NCBI GenBank assembly: GCA_047285805.1
Contig: JBJBCN010000002.1
Coordinates: 448,001 to 512,000 of the forward strand
Reading direction: 5' to 3'
DNA: 64,000 nt
From: Synechococcus sp.
GTDB lineage: Bacteria > Cyanobacteriota > Cyanobacteriia > PCC-6307 > Cyanobiaceae
The translations under genes were made by a program, and so were the position numbers. Below, piece by piece: positions 20,101 to 28,659 of this stretch. Each line of letters begins with the position of its first letter. Position 1 is the first letter of the stretch. The notes beneath the pieces are model-generated. The model saw only the letters and a list, made by a program, of their open reading frames with translations. It was not told where the DNA came from and did not search any database.

Positions 20101-21574
20101 GACGGCGCTATCGGGTTCCGCGGTCCATTGGAAGCAGGGCAGCGCCGATTTGGAGCTGTTGGTGCGTGGCTCTTTGCTCAAGCCGGTCGCGAACGGTTTC
20201 TTGCGCTTCAGCAATGGGGTGATGCAGCTCGCGGATCAGACGGTTCGCGACCTCGATGCGGTGGTGCTCTTCGACTTCAGCTCCCTGGAGATGCAAACCT
20301 TGAGTGCCCGGGTGGGGGACAAGGGTGCCCTCAGTGGCAGCGGTGATCTGAACCTGTTCTCCCCAGGCCAGAAACGACTGAACTTCACCCTCAAACGCGC
20401 TCCGTTCAAGCTGGCGCGGATGGCCGCTGTTGCGGATGGAACCGTGGAGGTCGGTGGCTCCCTGTTCCGCCCGGTCCTGGGGGGTGAGCTGGCCTTGAGC
20501 CATGGGGAGATCAATGTCCAGCCCGGTGAACTCGCGACTGAAGAGGCGCAGAGCAAGCCCACATCGGTGCCGGCCCTGCTGGAGTCCAAGTGGGACTTCA
20601 GCAAGCCCCTGTTGGTGATGGGGCGTCAGCTGGAGAGCTCCAGCAGCCAAGACCTTCGCGCCGCCCTGCCCAACTTGGGCGCGGTTCGTTTTGAGCGTTT
20701 CCGGGTGCGCTTCGGTCGGGACTTCCGGGTGGAAGTCCCCAACGTTTTGAACTTCGGCGCCGGTGGTCAGTTGACCTTGAACGGTCCCCTGGATCCCGAC
20801 ATTCAGATCAGTGGTGTGGTGCGGCTCCTGCGCGGTCGGCTTGGCCTCTTCACCACCACCTTCAGCCTGGACCCCGATGCCCCCAACGTGGCAGTGTTCA
20901 CCCCGAGCCTGGGGCTGATCCCTTATCTCGACATCGTGCTGCGCACGCGGGTATCCGACACCCTCTCAGCCTTCGGTGATGGCAACCGCTCCAGCATCTA
21001 CGACTGGAACACTTCCGGCTCCTTCAACAACTCCTCGTTGACCCCGAACAGCTTTGACCAGTTGCAATTGGTCCGGGTGCGGCTTGAGGTCACGGGCCCG
21101 GCGGACCAGCTGATGGACAACATTCGCCTGAGCAGCACCCCGCCGTTGCCGGAGGACCGTCTGTTGGCCTTGATCGGCGGCAACTCACTGATCGGTCTGG
21201 CGGGGGGGGACGCTGGAGCCGCCGTCGCCACGGTGGTGGGCCAGTCCCTGCTCTCTCCTCTGGTGGGAAGCCTGACGGAACTGCTGGGGCAGCGATTGAC
21301 CTTCGCGATCTATCCGGCCTATGTCTTGCCGACGAACTACGACGCGGAGTCCAACCGTTCAGGTCAGGTTCCCTCGCAATTGGTCCCGGTGACCGACATC
21401 GGCTTGGATGTGTCAGAGCGCTTCAACGCCTCGGTCCTGGCTGCTCCAAACCGCAGTGACATTCCGCCCCAATTGACCCTGGGCTACCAGGCCAAGCCCT
21501 GGTTGGGACTGCAGACCTCGATTGATGCCGAGTCCCGCTGGCAGACCCAGATGCAGGTCTTCTTCCGCTTCTAG
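17180..21574 (+). CDS. tamB: Translocation/assembly module TamB-like protein
   Basis: 1464 aa; N-terminal TM anchor; beta-rich repeats; C-terminal DUF490-like LSSTPPLPEDRLLALIG; ends FFRF. Confidence 0.85.
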   Translation: MLPSQPPRPTGPARRRRNSRTRGPAASSLPALLAAAGVALTWVGLDRVAAWQYGLRKPWLELLASRSMGHPLELGSYRGLRPFGLAAGASRFKPGIDNPSTIEAESVSAALDPLRSLLSRRWVLQFQIHRARIDLRRNSQGSLWQMGRVPPGAEPPPLTLRYSLSGGPAQVQLHGVNGSKASLAMAGSLAVDLRGRRLESSLQLRPAGGGRLGVDITNAWQRQRLRAQLQPRAFKLASLLPWLPGGLKADVSGALNGRLSLERSPTSDRCQGQIQLAQLRWRPSSKTDPLQSDRLDLRCSPQGLRLAASPLEWGGWRGSVQGALPLVGARANQLALQLQAREPKAGHRLRAELAGPLDQLQLDLGGQWQGAEPLQLQAKALLRNKRGFKAALERLVLRQGGGELVARGALWPRLQLHSERIKLGARQRQAWGPALGSTDTLQLQLQLQQLGEWSQPQLALELQQPENPLFGSIRSRLTWRPSALRLESFDSPYLTAQGPLPLQGKPMRLAIDLRRYPLARLSPLVGSTLRGVLSAAGTVEGSWQQLRPDLRLQADAPGVGLIGLEERWVGQLQAVAQGGARLRLETTTVPGVLEAQLDSRWQPSRASLRRAGGELVLSGANQRYRWRAKRLPLSGLDLALWRSAAPQPLSGYLSGQGALALNPFALNGELRVEQPQLFGLFGRWLQAKADFSQRRFRLDGQWQALGFGSVGIQLKGQQAGPLWLRLEARQLQSQTLQELLAAVPQWGGLALAPSGRAFDLGTLVFNTQGFSLGDQLGALAQAQRQRQRASSLGRQVQLEDLRGVLDADFTLRGPSADQLFVDLAAKGHLWLQGTDRDLALTDQPTLVRLHGPLNQGGEFELSHLPLVLLALVAPIPEGLRGSLSSRGSYRLGGRDQAPSFALNLGLQDGSLYGEPLSLERGELTLQDNRLAIDWVLRGGGASEVVDLRGQVPLQVAAEDLELRIGSRGDGLRFLTALSGSAVHWKQGSADLELLVRGSLLKPVANGFLRFSNGVMQLADQTVRDLDAVVLFDFSSLEMQTLSARVGDKGALSGSGDLNLFSPGQKRLNFTLKRAPFKLARMAAVADGTVEVGGSLFRPVLGGELALSHGEINVQPGELATEEAQSKPTSVPALLESKWDFSKPLLVMGRQLESSSSQDLRAALPNLGAVRFERFRVRFGRDFRVEVPNVLNFGAGGQLTLNGPLDPDIQISGVVRLLRGRLGLFTTTFSLDPDAPNVAVFTPSLGLIPYLDIVLRTRVSDTLSAFGDGNRSSIYDWNTSGSFNNSSLTPNSFDQLQLVRVRLEVTGPADQLMDNIRLSSTPPLPEDRLLALIGGNSLIGLAGGDAGAAVATVVGQSLLSPLVGSLTELLGQRLTFAIYPAYVLPTNYDAESNRSGQVPSQLVPVTDIGLDVSERFNASVLAAPNRSDIPPQLTLGYQAKPWLGLQTSIDAESRWQTQMQVFFRF

Positions 21575-21582
21575 TCCTCCCC

Positions 21583-22470
21583 ATGAGCCAGCTGATCGGA
21601 GTGGATGTGGGGGGCACGGCCCTCAAGCTCGGCCGCTTCTCAAGCGATGGAGAGCTGTTGGCGGAACTGACATGCCCGACGCCGCAGCCGGCCATGCCCG
21701 GTGGCGTGGTCACCGCCATCGTCGATGCGGTGGCGGCCCTGGACCCGGAGGGACTGGCCCGTCGGGTGGGCATCGGTTTGCCTGGCCCGATGGATGCCGA
21801 GGCCCGCGTGGCCCGCGTCTGCATCAACCTTCCGGGGTGGCAGCAGGTGCCCCTCGCGGAGTGGCTCGAACCCCAACTTCAGCGCCGCGTCACCCTCGCG
21901 AATGACGGCAACTGTGCCCTGATGGGGGAGGCCTGGAGAGGGGCTGCTATCGGCTACGACGACGTCCTGCTGCTCACCTTGGGCACAGGCGTGGGCGGTG
22001 GGGTCTTGCTGAACGGCCAACTCTTCAGCGGCCATGGCGGCGCCGCGGCGGAGCCGGGGTTGATCAGCGTGGATCCCGAGGGCCCCCCCTGCAATAGCGG
22101 CAACCGTGGTTCGTTGGAGCAGCACTGCAGCATTGCAGGCTTGCGCCGCTTGATGGACCGCAACCCCGAGACCCTCGATCAGCTGGCCCGTGTTGGTGAT
22201 CCGGAGGCCCTGGCGGCTTGGCGGGACTACGGCCGCTGGCTTGGGGTGGGACTGAGTTCCTTGATCTATGTCCTGACTCCCCAGCTGGTCTTGATTGGTG
22301 GGGGACTGAGTGCGGCCAGCGATCACTTTCTGCCCAGTGCCCTGGCGGAGGTGGAGCAGCGGGTTCAGGCCGAAAGTCGCCGTGGCTTCATCATTCGCCG
22401 CGCCCAGCTCGGAAACGGAGCCGGCCGACTTGGGGCCGCGCGCTTGGCGTTGGAGCGCCTTCACGATTGA
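21583..22470 (+). CDS. ROK family sugar kinase
   Basis: GVDVGGT, LANDGNCA, LTLGTGVGGG and CNSGNRGSLE motifs. Confidence 0.92.
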   Translation: MSQLIGVDVGGTALKLGRFSSDGELLAELTCPTPQPAMPGGVVTAIVDAVAALDPEGLARRVGIGLPGPMDAEARVARVCINLPGWQQVPLAEWLEPQLQRRVTLANDGNCALMGEAWRGAAIGYDDVLLLTLGTGVGGGVLLNGQLFSGHGGAAAEPGLISVDPEGPPCNSGNRGSLEQHCSIAGLRRLMDRNPETLDQLARVGDPEALAAWRDYGRWLGVGLSSLIYVLTPQLVLIGGGLSAASDHFLPSALAEVEQRVQAESRRGFIIRRAQLGNGAGRLGAARLALERLHD

Positions 22471-22509
22471 GTCCGGCTGGGATGATGCTGATTCGAGCCA
22501 AGCAAGTGT

Positions 22510-23814
22510 GTGAACGTTCCTGATCCATCGCCTGAACTGCTGCAGCGCGCTGGTGCCGTTCGCACCGCTGCGATGGCCTTGGGACGGTGCAGTGATCAGG
22601 AGCGGCGGAATGCGGTCTTGGCGATGGCGGACGCCCTTGAGGCTGAGGCAAGCCAGATCGTGGCGGCCAATGCCGCTGATCTGGAGGCCGCGGCGGCCGA
22701 TGGCTTAGCGCCCGCTCTGGTGGCCCGGTTGAAGCTCGATGCCAAGAAGTTGGCTGGGGCGATCGAGGGGGTGCGCCAGGTGGCCCAGCTGCCTGACCCG
22801 GTCGGTGTTCGCCAGATGCATCGGGAGTTGGACTCCGGCTTGGTCTTGGAGCGGTTGAGCGTCCCCCTGGGTGTTCTCGGGGTGATTTTTGAGGCACGTC
22901 CCGATGCGGTGATGCAAATCGCTTCCTTGGCGATCCGCTCCGGCAATGGCGCCATCCTCAAGGGGGGGCGCGAGGCCAACCGGAGTTGCACCGCCATCCT
23001 TTCCGCGCTGCGGTCCGGCTTGGCCGCCTCCGCGGTTTCCCCCCAATCCCTGGAGCTGCTGACGTCTCGCCAAGAAAGCTTGGCGTTGCTCAAGCTGGAT
23101 GGCCTGGTGGATTTGATCATCCCTCGCGGTTCTAATGCTCTAGTCCGCTTTATTCAGGACAACACCCGCATCCCTGTCCTTGGCCATGCCGATGGGGTCT
23201 GCCACCTGTACGTCGATCAAGAAGTTGACGTTCCCCAGGCCGTTCGCGTCGCCCTCGATGCCAAAACCCAATATCCCGCCGCCTGCAACGCGATTGAGAC
23301 CCTGTTGCTGCATCGCTCGAGTGCCGCGGCCTTCCTGGAGCGGGCCTTTCCAGTTTTCGCCCAGGCCGATGTGGAGTTGCGCGGTGATGCGGCGAGTCAG
23401 GCTTTGGGGATCTCCAAGGCGGCCGCTCAGGAGGACTGGCGGACGGAGTACTCCGATCTGATTCTTTCGGTCCGTGTTGTGGATGACCTGCAGCAGGCCC
23501 TCGACCACATCGCCCAGAACGGCTCGCGCCACACCGAGTGTATTTGCACCACCAATGGCGCAACGGCGGAGACGTTCCTGCGCAGTGTCGATAGCGCAGG
23601 GGTTTATCACAACTGCTCGACGCGTTTCGCCGACGGTTTCCGCTACGGCTTTGGCGCTGAGGTCGGCATCAGTACCCAAACCCTGCCGCCCCGTGGGCCC
23701 GTCGGACTGGAGGGTCTGGTGACCTACCGCTATCTCCTGCGTGGTGATGGCCATATCGCGGCGGATTACGCCTCCGGAACCCGCAGCTTTAGCCACCGCG
23801 ATCACCCCTTGTGA
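22510..23814 (+). CDS. proA: Gamma-glutamyl phosphate reductase
   Basis: [38 protein letters not shown] and RGPVGLEGL motifs. Confidence 0.97.
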   Translation: MNVPDPSPELLQRAGAVRTAAMALGRCSDQERRNAVLAMADALEAEASQIVAANAADLEAAAADGLAPALVARLKLDAKKLAGAIEGVRQVAQLPDPVGVRQMHRELDSGLVLERLSVPLGVLGVIFEARPDAVMQIASLAIRSGNGAILKGGREANRSCTAILSALRSGLAASAVSPQSLELLTSRQESLALLKLDGLVDLIIPRGSNALVRFIQDNTRIPVLGHADGVCHLYVDQEVDVPQAVRVALDAKTQYPAACNAIETLLLHRSSAAAFLERAFPVFAQADVELRGDAASQALGISKAAAQEDWRTEYSDLILSVRVVDDLQQALDHIAQNGSRHTECICTTNGATAETFLRSVDSAGVYHNCSTRFADGFRYGFGAEVGISTQTLPPRGPVGLEGLVTYRYLLRGDGHIAADYASGTRSFSHRDHPL

Positions 23815-24182
23815 GTTCCTCTGATCGCATCGTGGTGCGGGACCTCCGCCTCTGGGCCCATGTGGGTGTCCTTCCCCATGAGCGTGAGCTGGGTCAGTGG
23901 TTCGAGCTCGACATCGAGCTCGGTTGGGATCTCAGTGCGGCCGCGGCTGATGATGATGTTGGCGCCACCCTGGACTACAGCCGTGCTATCACGGCCCTGC
24001 AGGGCCAGGCCCTCGCCTTGCGTTGTCAGACCTTGGAGCACTGGACTGCGCTGATCTTGGATCTACTCGAGGACCTCTACGGTCCGGTGCCGATGGCGAT
24101 TGAGCTGCGCAAATGTCAGGCGCCCGTCCCCGGATTTGGCGGCAAGGTGGGTGTGCAGCGCCGCCGTCACCAGACTCCATGA
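23811..24182 (+). CDS. folB: Dihydroneopterin aldolase
   Basis: [23 protein letters not shown] and the catalytic K in LRK. Confidence 0.92.
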   Translation: MSSSDRIVVRDLRLWAHVGVLPHERELGQWFELDIELGWDLSAAAADDDVGATLDYSRAITALQGQALALRCQTLEHWTALILDLLEDLYGPVPMAIELRKCQAPVPGFGGKVGVQRRRHQTP

Positions 24183-24185
24183 ACC

Positions 24186-24785
24186 ATGTCAGAGCGTCCT
24201 CTGCTTCTGATCCATGGACTTTGGGATTCCCACCGCTTGTTTCGGCGACTGGAGCAGACGTTGCTGGAGCGCAATCCGAATCTGGAGATCTTTGCCCCCC
24301 ACTTGCCCCATCGGCTGGGGGCAACCCCGATCCGTCAGCTCGCCGCGCAATTGGATGAGTTGATTCAGGAGCGCTTTGGCCCCGAGATCAGCGTTGATCT
24401 CTTTGGCTTTTCGATGGGTGGGGTCATTGCCCGGACTTGGCTCCAGGAATGGGGAGGCGCAACCCGGACCCGCCGCTTTGTCTGTTTGGGAAGCCCTCAA
24501 CAGGGAACATTGACGGCTCAGCTGATTCCGAGTTGGCCCCTGGCGGGCATTGCGGACATGAAGATCGGCAGCCCCCTGTTGCGTGATCTCGATGCTGGGC
24601 GTGATCACCTGGATCAGCTGCAGTGCGTGAGTTTGTACAGCTGCACGGACATAACGGTCTTCCCGGGTTGGCGAGCAGTGTTGCCGCAGGGGCCGCGCCA
24701 GGCCGTGCCGGTGTTCACCCACCGTCAACTGATTGCCCATCCCCGGGCAACAGCCGCCGTGGCTGATGTGTTGCTCGCCCCGTAG
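24186..24785 (+). CDS. Alpha/beta hydrolase (lipase/esterase)
   Basis: LLIHGLWD, GFSMGG nucleophile, GSPQQGT and C-terminal His. Confidence 0.9.
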   Translation: MSERPLLLIHGLWDSHRLFRRLEQTLLERNPNLEIFAPHLPHRLGATPIRQLAAQLDELIQERFGPEISVDLFGFSMGGVIARTWLQEWGGATRTRRFVCLGSPQQGTLTAQLIPSWPLAGIADMKIGSPLLRDLDAGRDHLDQLQCVSLYSCTDITVFPGWRAVLPQGPRQAVPVFTHRQLIAHPRATAAVADVLLAP

Positions 24786-24861
24786 CAACAACGAATCTCA
24801 TCAGAGCTGTTGTCCCTTGCCTGCAGCGTGTCTATGGGTAGGCCACGTTTGAAGGCCTCGC

Positions 24862-25566
24862 ATGTGCTTTTCAGCCTCGGCAAGTTTTACCGCGTCAGCG
24901 GTCTTGATGCCGTTGGGGCTCTACAGCACCCACGTTGCGCAGAAGACCGGTAAACGTGACTACGTGCCCTTGGCCTTGGTGCCCTTTTTCTTCGGCGTCC
25001 AGCAGTTCGTCGAAGGATTGGAGTGGACCGCGATCGATAACGGTGGGGTGGAGCCCTTGAGCAGGTTGGCCGGATTGGGCTTCCTCTTTTTCGCCTATTG
25101 CTTCTGGATGATCTGGATTCCATGGAGCGCCTGGTCCATTAGTCGAACGGCTGACTCCAAGGGTCTTCAGAAGCGCCTGCGCTGGGTTGCGATTGTGGCA
25201 ACGGTCCTGGGTGTTGCCTTCTATTTGCCAGTGCTCCTTAATCCGCCGGCTCTGCAGCCCGCGGTCCATAGCAACGGTCGTTTGCTGTATGACGTCTCCA
25301 ACCTGCACAGCATCCTTCACAACTTCGTGAATACCGAGCCCGTGGGTGAGCTGGTCTATTGGGGCTTCATTGTTCTCCCCTTGATCGCTGTCTCAGATAA
25401 GGCTGTGAAGCTATTTGGTGTTCTGATCTTTGTCTCGATCTTCCTGACCTGGCTGACCTACAGCGCCACCTTTAACTCGGTCTGGTGTTTCTATTGCGCC
25501 GTTCTCTCGATCTATGTGATCTGGATTGTGAATCGGCCGGCCCTGCGCGCTGCATCGGGCCAGTAG
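24862..25566 (+). CDS. Polytopic membrane protein, DUF6629-like
   Basis: MCFSASASF start, FGVQQFVEG and SVWCF; about 6-7 hydrophobic segments. Confidence 0.75.
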   Translation: MCFSASASFTASAVLMPLGLYSTHVAQKTGKRDYVPLALVPFFFGVQQFVEGLEWTAIDNGGVEPLSRLAGLGFLFFAYCFWMIWIPWSAWSISRTADSKGLQKRLRWVAIVATVLGVAFYLPVLLNPPALQPAVHSNGRLLYDVSNLHSILHNFVNTEPVGELVYWGFIVLPLIAVSDKAVKLFGVLIFVSIFLTWLTYSATFNSVWCFYCAVLSIYVIWIVNRPALRAASGQ

Positions 25567-25585
25567 ATCCAGGGGAGGTCTCGGT

Positions 25586-26131
25586 ATGGGGATCCAAACA
25601 GCACTGGATGCTCTCGGTGACTGGCTTGTCCAAACCGATATCGGCTTGGGCCTGCTGCTTCTCGTGGGACTTTCCATGTCCCTTTCCCATATTTTCACCC
25701 TTCTGGCCAATCGTCTTAATCGCCGTCAAATCATCATCCATCTGATCCTCGATGGTTTGATGCTTTCGGTTGCTTTTCTCTTAAGCAGCACCATCGATAT
25801 GGTGCTGCTCGCCACCAGTGCCACCGCGACGATTCACCCCAGTGATTTCATTAATGGGGTTGCTGTTTGTTTGCTACCGGCAGTCTTTTATCTGTTGGTG
25901 GCTGCCCCCTATGTCGGTGAGACCATCGGCTTCGGGATCTGGGTGCTGATGCATCTCAACGTGATCACCTTGTTGCATGTCCGCTTCGCGCTGCCTTACG
26001 GCGAGGCCCTGCTTCTGGCGACCCCTGGTTATGTCGTGGCTATTTTCTTGGTCTGGTTGCTCTTTCGCCAGGGTTGGCAGGCGGGCTACAGCACCTTGGC
26101 CTCCCATCTCTCCGATGCCTACGGGTCTTGA
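25586..26131 (+). CDS. Membrane protein (in frame with the next ORF)
   Basis: About five hydrophobic helices; GGAGG upstream of the ATG. Confidence 0.7.
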   Translation: MGIQTALDALGDWLVQTDIGLGLLLLVGLSMSLSHIFTLLANRLNRRQIIIHLILDGLMLSVAFLLSSTIDMVLLATSATATIHPSDFINGVAVCLLPAVFYLLVAAPYVGETIGFGIWVLMHLNVITLLHVRFALPYGEALLLATPGYVVAIFLVWLLFRQGWQAGYSTLASHLSDAYGS

Positions 26132-27265
26132 TTGATGCAGAAACGCTCCCAGGTCAGTCCTAGTCATCCAAGGGCTGCTGACGCTGCCATCCAGGTGCAG
26201 CAACATGGCCTTCGCTCCCGCTTTGGCTTCGTCGTTTTATTCCTGGCGATCGGGCTGGGGGTGAGTTGGTTGGGTTTAGGCCATGTGCTCTTGGCCCTAC
26301 GTTCCATCTTCGACTGGACCGATATCAACCTGTTGTTGCGTTGGTCTGGCCTGTTGCTTTTGGTATTAGTCCCGACGGCTGGGATCTACTCATTAGTGAC
26401 GCAATTTGCGTTTTGGGAGGGCTGGTTAGATGGGCTCCCGGAGCCCACGGCCCTCTTCCCCGATTCCCCGCCCACGAGCGAACACCGCTGTTTTGTGGTC
26501 TATCTCGATGGGATCCATCAATTGGAGCGGGATCACCCGCCCAGGGTCTCGGCCTTTCTTGGATTGCTGGATCAGCAACTCAATCCAGTAATGCGACTGG
26601 TAAAAGGTTTAGAGGCTTACACCGTTCTCCCCGTCGCCCTCGAGCAGGACATCGGTAGTGCCTGGTTCTGGCGCAGCTTGTTTGCACTTCAGGAGGAACA
26701 CCCCAACGGTTGGATCCAGCTGCTCGCCGCTGTTTTGGTTCAGGCGAACAACGTGATCAAGGTCGGGATCTCATCGGACCACCGCTACGGGCCGATCATG
26801 AACTATGAGCTCTCGCTGAAGATTGCCTTGCGCTTGGGCGAGGTCGGGTTTCGGCCGGATCAAGGGCAGAGGGTTGTGCTTGTGGGTTACAGCGGGGGCG
26901 CCGAGATGGCGATGGGTGTGGCGGATTACCTGCGCCGCATCTGCAGGGCCCCGGTGAGCATCGTGAGCTTCTGCGGTGTCTTTAGCGGCAACCAACTGCT
27001 GAAAGAGCTCTCGAAGATCACGATGATCATTGGCAGCCGTGATCCGGTGGCGGCCTTTGGTCGCATTGCCTATCCGGGGCGATCGCCGTTGCTTCCTCTC
27101 TCCAACTGGAATCGAGCCCTCAAGCACTCCTGCATCGAACGCCGCGAAATCAAAGGGATGAACCACAACGGTCTGCAGGGTCCCTTCGCCGAGCTCCATC
27201 GCGAGGCCGTTGTCGACCAGATCGTCCAGGCAATTGAGTCAGAGGACGCGGGCGCTCTGGGTTAG
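26132..27265 (+). CDS. Membrane-anchored alpha/beta-hydrolase-like protein
   Basis: Two N-terminal TM helices, VYLDGI, GYSGG nucleophile elbow, GSRDPV and a late His. Confidence 0.7.
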   Translation: MMQKRSQVSPSHPRAADAAIQVQQHGLRSRFGFVVLFLAIGLGVSWLGLGHVLLALRSIFDWTDINLLLRWSGLLLLVLVPTAGIYSLVTQFAFWEGWLDGLPEPTALFPDSPPTSEHRCFVVYLDGIHQLERDHPPRVSAFLGLLDQQLNPVMRLVKGLEAYTVLPVALEQDIGSAWFWRSLFALQEEHPNGWIQLLAAVLVQANNVIKVGISSDHRYGPIMNYELSLKIALRLGEVGFRPDQGQRVVLVGYSGGAEMAMGVADYLRRICRAPVSIVSFCGVFSGNQLLKELSKITMIIGSRDPVAAFGRIAYPGRSPLLPLSNWNRALKHSCIERREIKGMNHNGLQGPFAELHREAVVDQIVQAIESEDAGALG

Positions 27266-28633
27266 CCGGAACGGACTGCTCTCGGGTTGGCATGCCTGAA
27301 GCCGTCGCTTAGCGTCCTTGCTGGCTTCGCCAAAACAGAAGCCATCGTGCGGCAAGTCCATGACCGCTTGGCGGTAGCGCTCTAGAGTCCTCGGCTCCGC
27401 CTGCACCGTGTTGGCCCGACGCAGCAGCCGCTCGCGCCAGATGCCGCCAAGCAGGCAGGGGAAGAGATCGCAGCGGCCCTCGAGGGCCTTTTGCAAGAGC
27501 GCTGAACTGTCGATGCAGAACCCCAACGCGCCATAGCCCCCCAGCCAGAGGCCATCGGCGTCGCTTTCCTGGTTGTTGATCAGCGCCACCAGATCGCAGA
27601 GATCCATCAACTCAAGGAGACGTTCCCCCTCATACGCCTCCCCCAGGTAGCGGATAGTTCCATTGCGGCGGTCGTTCTGCCAAGGACGTTGCAGGTCGTT
27701 CAGCGCTTCCCAACCGCAGAGGCCCTCCGTGCCTTGGTAGTACTGCAGCCGCAGGAGTTCCGCTCCCTTGTGCCATTCCAGCTCGAGGCAGCTGTGGGGC
27801 AGGAGGCTTTGAATCTCCCCGCCATTCTCCCCAAGCAGACCCGTACGGATCGGAAGAGCCAGGGGGATCTGACTCCAGTTCGGATCTGAAGGCTCCGGTC
27901 CGGGGAGGCTGGCACCGAGCCCGAAGCTGGCCACGCTGGCCCGCAACTGAGCCCGCAAGCTCCAGCCGCTGTCCTGCAGGTGGGCGAACCAGGCGCGGCA
28001 GCTGCTGGCTCCATCGATCCGCCAGGGCTCGCCGCCCAGTCCGTTCGCCGAGAGGCGATTCAGGACACGGGCGGCCAGGGCGTTGCGTTGCCGTTCCCCT
28101 GGGGATTGCTCATGGCAGAGCCCGACGTTGTGCCAGATCAGCCCACCGCTCATGGGGCCGGCTTCGGCATTCAGGGCTGGTTCCGGGTCGGCTGGGGCGG
28201 GATCGAGCCGCAGGAGCCCCTCCAAGTGGGTGGGGAGCGAGCCGTCTGCCGTCCCCCGCCGCCAACGTCCGATCGCTCCGTCCCCCTCCGGCAAGAGGTG
28301 GGGCAGGGCATCGGCCACGGCAGCGAGCAGGGCCGGAGTTAACAGTTCATGTTCGACGAGCCCGCCCAGGGATTGCAGCCGCTGGGGTAGGTCCGCCGGC
28401 TCCAGCTTCCATCCCTTGGGTAGGAGCCAGAGAAGCGGCAGCAATTGGGGTTTGTGCAGCTGTTGGGCCAAGCGTTTGAGCCAATCCGCTCGGGTTAAGC
28501 CCGCGCGAAAAATGCTCTGCTCGAGGGCCTCCTCAAAGGCGAGCAGTGGAACGGAGCAGGACCAGTTCGGATCCAGCTTCAGCGGATCGGCATGGGACAA
28601 GCGGGGAGAGACTCCAGCCATGTCACGCCCCAT
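27239..28633 (-). CDS. Hypothetical protein (464 aa)
   Basis: Long ORF co-oriented with prlC; YYQGTEG and GGYGALGFCIDSSA look like conserved blocks; family not recognised. Confidence 0.7.
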   Translation of the reverse strand: MGRDMAGVSPRLSHADPLKLDPNWSCSVPLLAFEEALEQSIFRAGLTRADWLKRLAQQLHKPQLLPLLWLLPKGWKLEPADLPQRLQSLGGLVEHELLTPALLAAVADALPHLLPEGDGAIGRWRRGTADGSLPTHLEGLLRLDPAPADPEPALNAEAGPMSGGLIWHNVGLCHEQSPGERQRNALAARVLNRLSANGLGGEPWRIDGASSCRAWFAHLQDSGWSLRAQLRASVASFGLGASLPGPEPSDPNWSQIPLALPIRTGLLGENGGEIQSLLPHSCLELEWHKGAELLRLQYYQGTEGLCGWEALNDLQRPWQNDRRNGTIRYLGEAYEGERLLELMDLCDLVALINNQESDADGLWLGGYGALGFCIDSSALLQKALEGRCDLFPCLLGGIWRERLLRRANTVQAEPRTLERYRQAVMDLPHDGFCFGEASKDAKRRLQACQPESSPFRLTQSARVL

Positions 28634-28659
28634 CTCTCCCCATCCTGGAGGTGTTGGCC

